64,000 bases of DNA from the human T2T-CHM13v2.0 reference genome, Homo sapiens. How positions within the stretch are numbered: position 1 is the stretch's first letter; every line of letters starts with the position of its first letter. The notes under the pieces were generated by a model. It worked only from the letters and a program-made list of their open reading frames with translations. It made no database searches and was not told where the DNA came from. Positions 43,760 to 60,480 of this stretch are shown piece by piece. Position numbers and translations under genes: made by a program. The stretch lies in the NCBI RefSeq assembly GCF_009914755.1, contig NC_060927.1; one strand, written 5' to 3'.

Positions 43760-43915
43760 GCAAAATACTTCGTGTAGTAAATGAAAATGTCTCTGTGGTG
43801 TTAGCAAAGTTTATAAGCCCTGTTTTAAATATAAAGGAAACTAAAGTGAAAAGAAGTTAAATGTTTTTTCAGGGGTCGTCTATGAAGTCAGTGGCAGACA
43901 GAATTAAATTCAAGA
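43760..43915 (-). mobile_element. MIR
   Basis: gttttaaatataaaggaaactaaag...agtcagtggcagacagaatt. Confidence 0.55.
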
Positions 43916-44753
43916 GGGAATGATACATTATGTTTATTAAATTGAGAAACCCAAGTACATCTTGTTCCTAGCAGAATATTTGAATTATTATTTCTATTTT
44001 AGCTCTACAGTAATGTTTGTATGTATGTGTGTGTGTACAAGTCCATACATTCCAATTGTCCACATTTATTGTTACAAGGATTTGTTTTAAGTGCAGATTT
44101 TTATTGAATGACAAGTACACTTAATGAAACAGGAGGAATTTTATTTAACATAGCAATACTTCAACTGGACTTATGGGCTCAGAAGAGAGGTTGGTTTTAC
44201 TGACTTTCTTTTAAAGAACTAGTTCCTGGTTAAAAACATTGGAGGTCTTTGATAAAAGACTGTAATAGTTAAGTAAATTTTTACTTTGGAACATATTGGG
44301 GAACAAATTTTGATTATAGATGAATAAATCATCTGATTTATTTGAAAAAATACATTATGCTTAAATTAGAGGAAAAAACATTGTAAACGATCCTTTTATC
44401 CTTATTATATTTTTAAACTGATAGAACATTTCAATGATACTTTAAACTATGTGTTTCAGACTTACAGCTCAATTCAATGAAAGATTATTGAGGCCTATGG
44501 AGGAGACAGTGATAAAGGTACGGATCCCTCAGCAAAGATCTTAGATTCTTTCCTCTATTTGCTCCTTTTCCTTCCTCCCTCTCTTCCTTTAATTTTTTTT
44601 CCTTTCTTCTGATATTTTACAGTGTCTGAGATAACATTTTCATTAGAATTTCCAAAAGAATAATCAGAGCACTTATAGGAACCAAATAGAGATCAAAATT
44701 TTAGACTGCAGAGTGAGATAGAGAATAATCTATGGTTTTTCCAATTGTCATCT

Positions 44754-45109
44754 TGTCTTAGTCATTTCAGGGTGCTATAAAAAAATATACCATAGATTGG
44801 GTGGCTTAGCAATAGAAATTTATTTCTCACAGTTCTGGAAGGTGTAAAGTCCAAGATCAGGGTGTCAGCGTGGTCCAGTTCTGATGAGGGCCCTCTTGTT
44901 AGTTTGCAGATGGCCACTTTGTATTGGCCATCTGATGGAGAGCAGAGAGCTCTGGTCTCTTCATTTTCTGATAAGAGCACTCATGACATTTATGAGCACT
45001 CCAGCGTAATGACATAATTACCTGTAACAAGCCCACCTCCAAATATCATAACATTGGAAATTTAGGCTTCAACATATGAATTTCCAAGGGACACATTTGG
45101 TTGACTGCA
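44754..45109 (-). mobile_element. MLT1A-type solo LTR
   Basis: tgtcttagtc...aaatttatttctcacagttctgga...caacatatgaattt. TSD catct/cacct. Confidence 0.85.
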
Positions 45110-45643
45110 CACCTCTACCACTAAGTCCCATCCTTAGAATGCACTGCAGGGAGAGAAGAGAGACAACATACAGTCTCCATTCAGCTGCAAGGAGATTTCT
45201 AAGAAGCTTCAAGCCCTGCCTTGAACCTCAGTATAGAGACACTGGGACATGTTTGGGAGACTCAGTCCTGTCATGGGCTCTATGTCAAGTATTCTTATCA
45301 TCTTGACTCAAGAATGAGAGCAGAAGGTGCTCAATTTGTGGGCAATCATCTCTGAAAGAACTCAAAATAGTTTAGGTCACATATACTTAATTAACCAATT
45401 CTAAATTTCACAATGAGAAGTCATCCCTTTGTGGTGGGAAGTGAGGAGTGGTTAGGAAGTTGGGGGGAAGCTTTTACTAAAATTCTCAGAAGGAAGAAAG
45501 CAATGGCCACTTTATAACTGTCTGCACTGATTGGTCATTCCAAGCCCTTCTGTCCCTTACTTCCCTAGGGAACATCCCCTGATACCTCACATCTTGTCAG
45601 CACAGTGCATTTTAAAGAGGTTAAATAATTTTTATATCGAAAA

Positions 45644-45817
45644 CAGTGCTTCTCAGCCCTCTTTTCACTTTAAAATCACCCTGGCATAATTTTGAAAAAA
45701 TTAAGATTTTAGGGCCACAACCTCTGAAGCAATCAGTCTAGGGTAGGATCCATGCCTTGATGATTTTGTAAAGGGCCCCAGGTGGTATAACCATACAGGC
45801 TGGTTTGAACACTACTG
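45644..45817. mobile_element. MER5-family hAT-Charlie MITE
   Basis: Termini cagtgcttctca ... tttgaacactactg, internal aaatcacc, ccccaggtg. Confidence 0.65.
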
Positions 45818-46449
45818 CTCCTATCTGCATGAAGATTGTGGACAAAAACATTTAAACTAAACAATGTATAGAATATGACATTTAGACTGTTTGAGGGGGT
45901 AGCTCTGGCATAGGGAAGTGAGACAGAAAGCAAGGAACGCATGGAAGAAAGTAAAAGGCTGGTCAGTAATTGGTGAGAATGAAGATCTCGAGGATGGCTG
46001 TTGAAAAAAGCATTAGAAAGGAGATGGGAGACAGTGTTTTATGAAAATTACTAGTGCCACTGCAAGATTTTGAAAATGCTTTATCTCAGATAATTTTTAT
46101 AAAGTGAAAATTAATTAAGTTCTCATAAATGAACTGAGGTTAAAAAATACCTTTCTGAGCTCCTAGGAAATTGCAGAGTTAGTAAAACTTACTCCTTTAT
46201 TCCCGTATGGATTTGAATGAGCCTTTGGAGTCTCTTCATAGGACCTTGGGTGTGGTTGAAACAGTTTTGTGATATATGAGATTAGAGGGGCAGCTCAAGG
46301 CTCTTCCTTCCCCACTCAGCTTCCCTCTGACACCTTGGAGACACCAGTTCACATAGCTCACAGCTCCCACCACATATCTTCCTGAGTTAGAGAGCAATTG
46401 TGGGGTCAAATAAAGAACCAAAACGTGGTTTAAAGGCTTTGTAGTTATG

Positions 46450-46640
46450 CAACATTAGATGATGGTTGCCACGTAGAAATACAGGTCCAGGGGTGCCAGA
46501 TCTTCCAATTTTTCCATAAGAACCAGAAATCAGAATGTTTACATGAAAATCATTAATATGTAAAACCATGTGAGGACAAAACCAAAGAAGCCCGTGTGTT
46601 AGAACGGGCCTGAAGGCCTCCTCCAGGCTGAGGCCTTTGG
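46450..46640 (-). mobile_element. MER117-like hAT-Charlie element
   Basis: gttgccacg...gccagatcttccaatttttccataagaaccagaaatc. Confidence 0.6.
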
Positions 46641-46749
46641 GTAAGACAGACAAGAAAGGTGAGGCTGTGGCTGCAGTATTCTATTACAGTACTTCTTTGC
46701 ATTTCTCCTGTTTTCCACTTAGCCTTCTCTACTTTCTCTTATAAACCAC

Positions 46750-47045
46750 TGAGCTATATCTGGATGTGCTATTTCCTTACTACAATATAAGATCCATGAT
46801 GGCAGGCATTGCCTCCTTCTTTTAGCAGAATTCTCTACACCTGAAGGTCACAAGTAAGTACACGTTGGATATAGATTATCATGTTTAATCTCTAAAATGC
46901 CATGATGCTTGGGCTATTATTATTCTTATTCTAAAACAGCAGAACTAAAGGTTAGACATTATTTAATCTCTTCAAATTTAGCCAATGTGTGGTAAAACTG
47001 AGAAGCTGTGTGACTTCAGTGGCTGTGCTTTAAGCCACTACAGAA
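46750..47045. mobile_element. L2 3' end (+) and MIR (-) fragments
   Basis: ctacaatataagatccatgatggcagg and tgggctattattattcttattcta. Confidence 0.5.
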
Positions 47046-47949
47046 ATGCATTCTGCATGTCTTTCCCAGATCAATTCTTCTATATTTAACATCATGGAGA
47101 AACATGAAGTAACATACCAGGATAAATACAGTACTCTGAATTTGCTACCTGATTTCTAGTCTTCATGGACTACAGTTGAGTGTAAAAATAAATGTTAAAA
47201 TCTTTGACACAGTCATTTTATTCATTGCAATATTCTGTATTATCTTTATTAACAAGTAAACTGGTTAAGAAGAGCAGTATTTCCAACACCAATATCTTAG
47301 GGTGTTAGAATTTGAAGCCTGGTATTTGACTCAAAGTCCAATAATGCATGTTTTTTACCCACTCTGTACTTAAATCATCTTTAAACTAAGGTATTATGTG
47401 GCAACATGGCCTGTCTTTGACTCCAGAGAGATCCTTGCTCCCTCCTCACAAAAGGCAGTTAATAAAAAAATAGGGAATATTGTTAAAACAGTATTTCCTT
47501 CCTTGTTACTTTTAGGTACAAAATTTTAAACTCAAGAGGATGAGCTCTTGACCATTGTATAAATTTTATGTTTTGAATTAAGAAAAATATAAATATTATT
47601 ATTGGAAAGACATATTGAAAAATATCTTAATATGCAAGAAAAAGAAAATGCAGAACTAGTTATGATGTAATTCAACAATATTTTTTCCTGAAATTTATAT
47701 TTGATGTCCAAACTTTTATGAATTCAGGAAGAAGCTTCAAAAATATTTTATTCAATAATATATCATTATAATATGTAATTTATTATCATCAACCTTTGCT
47801 TGTATTGCAAGTTTATAGTTCCTTTTGCTTTCTCTTGAGTAGTTTGACTTTGAAGGTATTTGTCCTCTCTAGCCAAATATAAGAAGGACATACAATATAG
47901 ATCTTTCACATACTAAAACGTCTTGTCCTGATTCTCTACAAATTTTTTT

Positions 47950-49186
47950 AAATTTTTTTCAGAATTTCAACCTTTATTTTAGATTTAGGGGGTATATGTA
48001 CAGGTTGGTTACAAGGGTATATTGGTATATTGGGTGATGCTGAGGTTTGGGATAGAAATGAATCCATCACTCAGGTAGTGAGCATAGTACCCAATAGTTA
48101 GTTTTTCAACCCTTCCCCTTTCCCCACTCCTCCTTCTAGTAGTTTCCAGTGTTTATTGCTGCCATCTTTATGTCCATGAGTACCCAATGTTTAGCTCCCA
48201 CTTATAAATGAGAACAAGTGGTATTTGGTTTTCGGTTTCTGCATTGACTTGCATAGGATAATGGCCTCCAGCTGCATCCATGTTGCTGCAAAGGACATAA
48301 TGTCATTCTTTTTATGGCTGTATAGTATTCCATGGTGTATATGTACCACAGTTTCTTTATCCAGTCCACCACTGATGGGAATCTAGGTTGATTCCATGTC
48401 TTTGCGATTGTGAACAGTGGTGCAATGAACATATGAGTGCATGTGTCTTTTTGGTAGCCGTATTTACTTTCCTTTGGGTAATGAGATTTCAGGGACCCAG
48501 TAATGAGATTGCCGGGTTCAATGGTAGTTCTGTTTTAAATTCTTTGAGAAATCTTTAAACTGCTTTCCACAGTGGATGAGCGAAATTACATTTCCACCAA
48601 CAGTGTATAAATGTACCCTTTTCACCACAGCCTTGGCAGCATCTGTTGATTTTCGACTTTCTTATAATAGCCACCTGGCTGGTGTGAAATGGTATCTCAT
48701 TGTGGTTTTGATTTGCCTTTCTCTGATGATTAGTGATGATGAGAATTTTTTCATATATTTGTTGGCTACTTTTATGTCTTTTTTTGTGAAGTCTCTGTTC
48801 ATATCTTTTGCCTATTTTTAATGGGATTATTTAGTTTTTGTTTGTTGAATTAAGTTCCTTATAGATTCTGCAGATTAGACCTTTATCTAATGTATGGCTT
48901 ACCAATATTTTCTCCCATTCTGTAGGTTATCTGTTTACTCTGTTAATAGTTTCTTTTGCTGTGCAGAAGCTCTTCAGTTTAATTAGGTCCCACTTGTCAA
49001 TTTTCATTTTTGTTGCAATTGGTTTTGAGGACTTAGTCACGAATTATTTCACAAAGCAGATGGGCAGAATGGTGTTTTCTAGGTTTTCTTCTAGGAATCC
49101 TATAGTTTGAAGTCTTACATTTAGATTTTTAATCCATCTTGAGTTAATTTTTTTATGTGGTAAAAGGAAGGGGTTCAGTTTTATTC
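47950..49186 (-). mobile_element. L1PA15/16-like 3' fragment directly downstream of the full-length L1PA
   Basis: gatgctgaggtttgg...caggtagtgagcatagtacccaatagttagtttttcaaccc, ending ggttcagttttattc. Confidence 0.85.
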
Positions 49187-49397
49187 TTTTTTAAATATAC
49201 TTTAAGTTCTAGGGTATATGTGCACAGCGTGCAGGTTTGTTACATATGTATACATGTGCCATGTTGGTGTGCTGCACCAATTAACTTGTCATTTACATTA
49301 GGTATATCTCCTAATGCTATCCCTTGCCCCTCCCCCCACCCCACAACAGGCCCCGGTGTGTGATGTTCCCCTTCCTGTGTCCAAGTGTTCTCATTGT

Positions 49398-53227
<3,830 letters not shown>

Positions 53228-53290
53228 TATAATGTTAGCTGGTTATTTTTCTCGTTAGTTAATGCAGTTTCTTCCCAGCATCGATGGTTT

Positions 53291-54312
53291 TTACAATTTG
53301 GCATGTTTTTGCAGTGGCTGGTACCGGTTGTTCCTTTACATGTTTAGTGCTTCCTTCAGGAGCTCTTGTAGGGCAGGCCTGGTGGTGACAAAATCTCTCA
53401 GCATTTGCTTGTCTATAAAGGATTTTATTTCTCCTTCATTTATGAAGGCTAGTTTGGCTGGACATGAAATTCTGGGTTGAAAATTCTTTTCTTTAAGAAT
53501 GTTGAATATTGGCCCCCACTGTCTTCTGGCTTGTAGAGTTTCTGACGAGAGATCTGCTGTTAGTCTGATGGGCTTCCATTTGTGGGTAACCCGACATTTC
53601 TCTCTGGCTGTCCTTAACATTTTCTCCTTCATTTCAACTTTGCTGAACCTGACAATTACGTGTCTTGGAGTTGCTCTTCTCGAGGAGTATCTTTGTGGCG
53701 TTCTCTGTATTTCTTGAATTTGAGTATTGGCCTGCCTTGCTAGGTTGGGGAAGTTCTCCTGGATAATATCCAATCCTGCAGAGTGTTTTCCAACTTAGTT
53801 CCATTCTCCCTGTCACTTTCAGGTACACCAATCAGACATAGATTTGGTCTTTTCACATAGTCCCATATTTCTTGGAGGATTGGTTCATTTCTTTTTACTC
53901 TTTTTTCTCTAAACTTCTCTTCTTGCTTCATTTCATTCATTTGATCTTCAATCACTGATATCCTTTCTTCCAGTTGATCGAATTGGCTACTGAAGCTTGT
54001 GCCTTCATCATGTAGTTCTCGTGCCATGGTTTTCAGCTCCATCAGGTCATTTAAGGACTTCTCTACACTGGTTATTCTAGTCAGCCATTCATCTAATCTT
54101 TTTGCAAGGTTTTTATCTTCTTTGCCATTGGTTCGAACTTCCTCCTTTAGCTTGGAGAAGTTTGATCGCCTGAAGCCTTCTTCTCTCAACTTGTCAAAGT
54201 CATTCTCCGTCCAGCTTTGTTCCATTGCTGGTGAGGACCTGCATTCTTTTGGAGGGGGAGAGGCGCTCTGATCTTTAGAATTTTCAGTTCTTCTGCTCTG
54301 TTTTTTCCCCAT
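53291..54312 (-). pseudogene. L1 ORF1p, frameshifted (~53770) with premature stop near the C-terminus
   Basis: MGKKQSR...WDYVKRPNL and DIIQENFPNLARQ...LLKEALNM* in different frames. Confidence 0.95.
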
Positions 54313-55344
54313 CTTTGTGGTTTTATCTACCTTTGGTCTTTGATGATGGTGATGTACAGATGGGGTTTTGGTGTGGATGTCCTTTCTGTTTGTTAGTTTT
54401 CCTTCTATCAGTCAGGACCCTCAGCTGAAGGCCTGTTGGAGTTTGCGAGAGGTCCACTCCAGACCCTGTTTGCCTGGGTATCAGCAGCAGAGGCTGCAGA
54501 ACAGCGAATATTGCTGAACAGCAAATGTTGCTGCCTGATCATTCCTCTGGAAGCTTCATCTCAGAGGGGTACCCGGCCATGTGAGGTGTCAGTCTGCCCC
54601 TCCTGGGGGGTCCCTCCCAGTTAGGCTACTCGGGGGTCAAGGACCCACTGGAGGAGGCAGTCTATCCATTCTCAGATCTCAAACTCTGTGCTGGGAGAGC
54701 CACTACTCTCTTCAAAGCTGTCAGACAGGGACATTTAAGTCTGCAGAGGTTTCTGCTGCCTTTTGTTTGGCTATGCCCTGCCCCCAGAGGTGGAGTCTAC
54801 AGAGGCAGGCAGGCCTCCTTGAGCTGCAGTGGACTCCACCCAGTTTGAGCTTTTGGGCCACTTTGTTTACCTACTCAAGCCTTAGCAATGACAGGCACCC
54901 CTCCCCCAGCCTCGCTGTCACCTTGCAGTTCAATCTCAGACTGCTGGGCTAGCAATAAGTGAGGCTCCGTGGGCATGGGACTCTCCGAGCCAGGCCTGGG
55001 ATATAATCTCCTGGTATGCCGTTTGCTAAGACCATTGGAAAAGTGCAGTATTAGGGTGGGAGTGACCTGATTTTCCAGGTGCCATCTGTCACAGCTTCTC
55101 TTGGCTAGGAAAGGGAATTCCCTGACCACTTGTGCTTCCTGGGTGAGGCGATGCCTTGCCTTGCTTTAGCTCATGGCTCACGCTCGGTGGGCTGCACCCA
55201 CTGTCTTGCACCCACTGTCCGACAAGCCCTAGTGAGATGAACCTGGTACCTCAGTTGGAAATGCAGAAATCACCCGTCTTCTGCATCATTCATGCTGGGA
55301 GCTGTAGACTGGAGCTGTTCCTATTCAGCCACCTTGGAACTGCC
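54313..55344 (-). promoter_or_regulatory. L1 5' UTR internal sense/antisense promoter (decayed)
   Basis: Position and sequence. Heavily CpG-depleted, YY1 motif mutated. Confidence 0.8.
54888..54962 (+). pseudogene. L1 antisense ORF0 remnant, truncated after 24 codons
   Basis: MTGTPPPASLSPCSSISDCWASNK* vs recalled ORF0 MAGAPPPASLPPCSLISDCCASNQR... Confidence 0.75.
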
Positions 55345-55784
55345 ACAAATTTTGTTTTAATGACAGAAATCTTGAAACTAGAAATCAAATTATTGAATCT
55401 CAAAAATGCTGTTATTCTTTTGATTCTAAAATGATGGACGATTTTAGTATTGCACACTTTTTTGTTTCCTAGTGTATAATCTAAATAAATAATGCATTTA
55501 TGTGAATGTCCAAATAAATTTCTAATTTAAAGAAATGAAAAGATTGCTTAACATGTATGAAGTCTGTTTTTTTCTGATTCCTTTACCCTGATTCCTTAAA
55601 GTAATAATGATATTATCAATTTGAATCATAATCTGAAAAGAAGGTACTGAACTGTCAGATAATTAAACAACAACAGAAAAAGGAACAAACTGGGAGAAAA
55701 TGGCCAGTTGATTCTGTAGATGTGTTTTGGTAAGAAAGTGTCAGCAAGAAAAAAAAGTGAAGAGTTTAAACAATGTCAGTAGAT

Positions 55785-55937
55785 TTGAAAAATGATGTCC
55801 AAATGCATGTTTCCTTACAATAAGCAATTTTCTACAAAGATGTTATTGATAAGGCTAGTTAATAACAAAGCAACTTGCTGAATGTTTATTTGAATTAATT
55901 TAAGAAATATATTCTTATGCTTTACATGATCTGCTGT
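55785..55937 (+). repeat. 153-bp direct repeat, copy 1
   Basis: ~92% identical (12 mismatches) to 56355-56507. Confidence 0.92.
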
Positions 55938-56354
55938 TTAAAGTCAGCCAAAGAAGGCAGACATTGAGTACCTAAGAATTATTAATCCTTGACCACAATG
56001 TGATATTTAGAATTGAAAAATAAATAATAACCGAACAGCAGACCTGAAGGTTCCTCCCAAGAGAAAGAAACACATCAGTCAAAAAGCTGTAAGGGATTAG
56101 AATACCTTTTTTAAAGGGTGCTGTTATCACTGGTCTTGTGGCCACTTATGAATACTGAGTTTAATGGTAGGTGAGACTGGATTCTTTATGTAACTGTGAC
56201 TGTGCTATTATTATTATCCATCATGCAAAAAAGCTGAAAGGAGCAAATACTACTTTAAAGTTAGCTTTATCTCAAAGATAACAATATCAGAGATGGATTG
56301 AAAATATCTGCTCTCTTTATCATCCTATTGGTTCCCTGCTACATACAGATGTCA

Positions 56355-56507
56355 TTGAAAAATGATGTCCAAATGCATGTTTCCTTACAATAAGCAATTT
56401 CCTGCAAATGTGTCATTGATAAGGTTAGTTAATAATATAGCAACTTGCTGAAAGTTTATTTGAATTAATTTAAAAATTATATTCTAATGCTTTACATGAT
56501 CTGCTGT
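56355..56507 (+). repeat. 153-bp direct repeat, copy 2
   Basis: See copy 1. Confidence 0.92.
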
Positions 56508-56614
56508 ACGGCTATTTGAGGCAGGCATTATTTTGAATAAGAGAAAGGTGTCAAGGTTAATCAGAGAAAAAGGTAAAAATAGTCAGTTCAGGGAGAGACT
56601 CAATAATAAATTTT

Positions 56615-56770
56615 AAAAAGAAAGGAAAAGAGGAAGAAAGGGAGAAGGGAAGAAAGAAAAAACAGAAAGATGACAGAAAGATAAAAGAGAAAAATTTAAC
56701 AAAAAGAAAGAAAGAAAGAGAAAGAAAGGGAAAGAAAGAGAGATAAAGAAGACAGGAAAAAGAAAGAATG

Positions 56771-56817
<47 letters not shown>

Positions 56818-56870
56818 CCAACCACAGTAAAGACAGAAAGAAAGGAAAAAGAAAGAGAGAAAGAAAGACA
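56615..56870. repeat. GA-rich low-complexity tract with (GAAA)n at ~56772-56815
   Basis: Visible. Confidence 0.92.
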
Positions 56871-56892
56871 GAGATACCAGGGCTATATAATA

Positions 56893-57176
56893 CAGTTGAC
56901 CTTTGATCAGCACAGGTTAGAACTGCACAACTCTGCTTATATGAAGATTTTTTTTCAACCAAATGTGGATCAAAAATATAATATTCTCACGATGTGAAAC
57001 CCAGTATAGTGAGACCGACTTTTTATATATATGGATTCTTCAGGGCTGACTGTGGAACTTGAATATGCGTGGATATTGTTATAGGTGGATATTGGTATAG
57101 GTGGATATTGGTATAGGTGGGTATGTTGGGGTGGGGGTCCTGGCACCAATCCCCTGCATATAGAGGTGAACCACTG
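56893..57176 (+). mobile_element. MER8-like TcMar-Tigger MITE
   Basis: TA|cagttgacctttga...ggtcctggcaccaatcccct...ccactg|TA. Confidence 0.8.
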
Positions 57177-57399
57177 TACTATGTATTATTGGAGTCACAA
57201 AAATGGAGTCAAGAACAGCTGAACTGGACAAACAGCTAAACTCCCAGTGTAAACTGCTTGTGTGCCACTCTCCAGTTACCTTGGTAAGAGGACATTCACC
57301 TACTGAGAATGTATTTATAATATGAAAAACTCTTGTGAGATGATGTAAAAAGTATAACTAGAGGGAATAAACCATTTGGCTTAGTTTATGCCAACTTGG

Positions 57400-57890
57400 G
57401 AAAGATTAAAGGAAGAATTGAAGGAAGATTGTGCAGCAGATCAAAGTAGACATTGAAGAAGAGGGAAGAGAAGGTAACAAGAAGCACATGAGCATACTGG
57501 CCTCTTGAGGTCTGTGAAGGATTAAGAGAAACCAACAAGATGTGGTGAAGCACCCAGAGATAGCAATAAGGGATGCACTCACTGTAGGCCTCACATTGAG
57601 AAAGGAGTGGTTATAAGATCTTGTGAAACGTAGCCACATGACTACTGAAAACCAAGACTTTGACAGGGAGGGAACTAGTGGTGGTGGAGTGGTGGAATAA
57701 ATATGCTGGCAGCACCCTCCGCCTGCCCTCCAATCTCTAGCCAGAACCTCCCATAGACGGAACACAATATGAAGCCAGAAGACTTGTAGCCCACTGGTTA
57801 ACTTCACAGTAGTCAGCCTCTGGGGGTCAGAGTAAGCTGGAAAAGGGTGGAGAACAGGTTTGGAGGGGCAAATGGAGGCTGTCCAACACA
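57400..57890 (-). mobile_element. LTR41-like ERVL LTR
   Basis: cctcccatagacggaacacaatatgaagccagaag...gggtggagaacaggtttggaggggcaaatggag...ccaacaca. Confidence 0.65.
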
Positions 57891-58774
57891 GGTGGACATC
57901 CTCCTTTACCTGAAAGCCATGATATTTACTTTGAAGTTTGATTTTTTAAAAAATTCCAGTATTTGTTCAGGGTTTCCTCATGCCTGTGATTCTTAGAGAC
58001 AAAAATATTTTATAACATTCTTAAGATATATATTTTCTTTGAGAATGAGAAAAGCAGGAGTTGCTCAGTAGGATCTGAAATTGAGTCATATGATGAGGAA
58101 CTCAGTTATATCTCTATTTATTTATTTATTTTAGAATAAATAATCAAATTTAATTAATTCTTGCATTCATTAACTATAAACTTTTTTGTGTGTCCTGGCT
58201 ATATTGCTTAATTTTAATTACTATATCTTAGGTTGAACTTTTGGGTCCATTATATGTTAATTTCATTGAAAGCAACAGAGTGAAAGTGATGGAATGACAG
58301 TTTTTCACTATCTGCAACAATATCTGCAAATATTTTTTATCTGAAACATCGGATTTATGGTTCAATAATTTTTTATTTTCCTAATTTGAAGTGTTTATTT
58401 TTAAACTAATCAAGGTTTAATCTAAGGTTATAGTTTTAACCTTAGATTAAAAACATTTTGATATATGTAATGATAGGTAAATTTTAAATTACAGGTTTAT
58501 TTAGCATGCTTTATGTGCCTGGTTATGGAATGTATATATTTCACTACATTGGCTCTCTGTGTGTAGTTTTAAAATCTTACTATTAGTTAACATGACCAGG
58601 TAAAAGGAAAATATTTGCTCTGTTACTGCTTAAAGTTATCATTAGTCCCTAATGAATGTGTGAAACTGCTGAACACACAAAAAATATTTTCAGAATATAA
58701 CTGGTGAGTTGTTTATGCATCGCTGTGTAGGTGTATACATATAGCATTGTTACAATTCTGTAGTTTGGAACCAA

Positions 58775-58935
58775 GTGCAGAAAACGAATGTCATATAGTA
58801 GAAAGAATATGGAATTGATGTCAGAAGACCTAGATTGTCCCATATTCACTGCTTTCCACTATAGATATGCTGATGCCCAACAGTTTCTTATTTTTTGAGA
58901 TGAGAATAGTAATAATAGCTATCACCACTGGGTTT
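58775..58935 (+). mobile_element. MIR
   Basis: gtcagaagacctagatt...cagtttcttattttttgagatgagaatagtaata. Confidence 0.55.
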
Positions 58936-59221
58936 TCATATTTGCTGAGATGGCATTCATTCTTGTTTTTCATTTAATATCCATGAAAATCAAATTTGAA
59001 TTATATCTCAATTTTTGTTATCTCAATTGTTTTAGACTTGTCTAAATTATTTTATTTGAACTCTTTTTTTGAAATGTGCTTTTTAGTTCCTATAGTATTC
59101 ACTATTTTATGTTGGAAGTACTGGTAACAGTCAGTGTTTTGAGTATAATGCAGATAACCCATAAAATTTGTTCTATATTATTACAGAAAGTCTTTTAAAA
59201 TACAGCATATATTAGTACAGG

Positions 59222-59587
59222 TGTCTTAGTCAGTTCAGGCAGCTATAACAAACTGACTGGGTGGCTTATAAATAAAAATTTATTTCTCACAGTTCTGGAG
59301 GCTAAAAGTCCAAGATCAGGATATCAGCATGGTTGAGTAGCAGTGCTGGTCCTCTTCTGGGTTACAGAGTGCCAACTTATTGTTGTATATTCACATGACA
59401 GAAAGAAAGTAAGCAAGCCCTCAGGGGTGCCCTTTATAAACGTACTAATCCTATTAAGGAAGGCTCCACTCTCATCATCGTATTACTTCCCAAAGGACAC
59501 ACCTCCCAAAAACATCACAATTTTGAGTTGGGTTTCAACTATGAATTTGGGTGGGAGGAGCACAGTTAATTAACTATAGGCTTAACA
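59222..59587 (-). mobile_element. MLT1A-type solo LTR
   Basis: tgtcttagtcagttcaggcagctataaca...tctcacagttctggaggc...tttcaactatgaatttggg. Confidence 0.85.
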
Positions 59588-60129
59588 CAGCTCAAATATT
59601 AATGTTAACCTCTCCACCAAGTGGACAAGTACAACATATTGACCTGTTTTGATTTGTACTCAATAGTAAAGGTAACAACAAAGGATAACAAAAACATCTC
59701 TTATAAATGTCAAATGGTATCCAGTTTAGTGAGAAGTATATTAATACTAAGGAAACTGTCCCTTTTATTCAGTTAATATCAACTTTCATTTTTCAACTGG
59801 GATCATTCCTCATGTCTCCTAGTTCTTTTACTTAAGATGGGGAGATCTTCACTGCTGAAAATACTGAAATCATGCATATGTTTGGTGCATCCCCAGATGA
59901 TTCAGTTTCTTGTTCTTCTCTGAGGCTGCTGTGGCTCAGCTGCCTGCCGCCTGCTGCTGTAACCTTCTGCCTCAAGTCTTGGTCCGCCTTCCTTACCTCA
60001 AGGTGTTAAACACCTACAAGTTCATACATTGACAGTTTCTCTTCAGTAGAATCAGTAACTTTGAAACGGTATTAAAGCACAAGAAACTTTTAAGAAAATG
60101 AATAGCTGTTCTTCTAACTTCATCAATCC

Positions 60130-60431
60130 AAGACTCATAGGTATTTTGGAACGAACTGGAAATTCCTTAGTTGAGCCAATGAGGCTCATTCTTTTTGGAT
60201 CCCTGAGACCCTTTCACCTTATCTCCTGTTCCTTCTGAAACATGTCATTTTTTTTCAGTTCTAGAAACTATGTGTTTTCTCTACATTTTGTGTCATTGTG
60301 CCATCCTTCTTACTACATATGTCTTCCTTTTTCTTTTCTTGTGTGGAATATTTCCCTGTTTTATTTTTTCATTGTCTGTTGTTGCCTCCCACACTCAATT
60401 CATAATTGCCTTGGCAATGTTATACATATAT

Positions 60432-60480
<49 letters not shown>

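Noticed and set aside
55785-56507. CRISPR-like or LTR-retrotransposon interpretation of the direct repeats
   Set aside because: Only two long copies in mammalian DNA, no spacer array, and no LTR termini, PBS or PPT.
56557-56962. Phe/Leu/Ser-rich 'membrane protein' ORFs
   Set aside because: Translations of the GA-rich low-complexity tract.
59990-60000. Minus-strand splice donor GAG|GTAAGG beside a GC-richer patch
   Set aside because: No matching acceptor or ORF. Isolated motifs are common.
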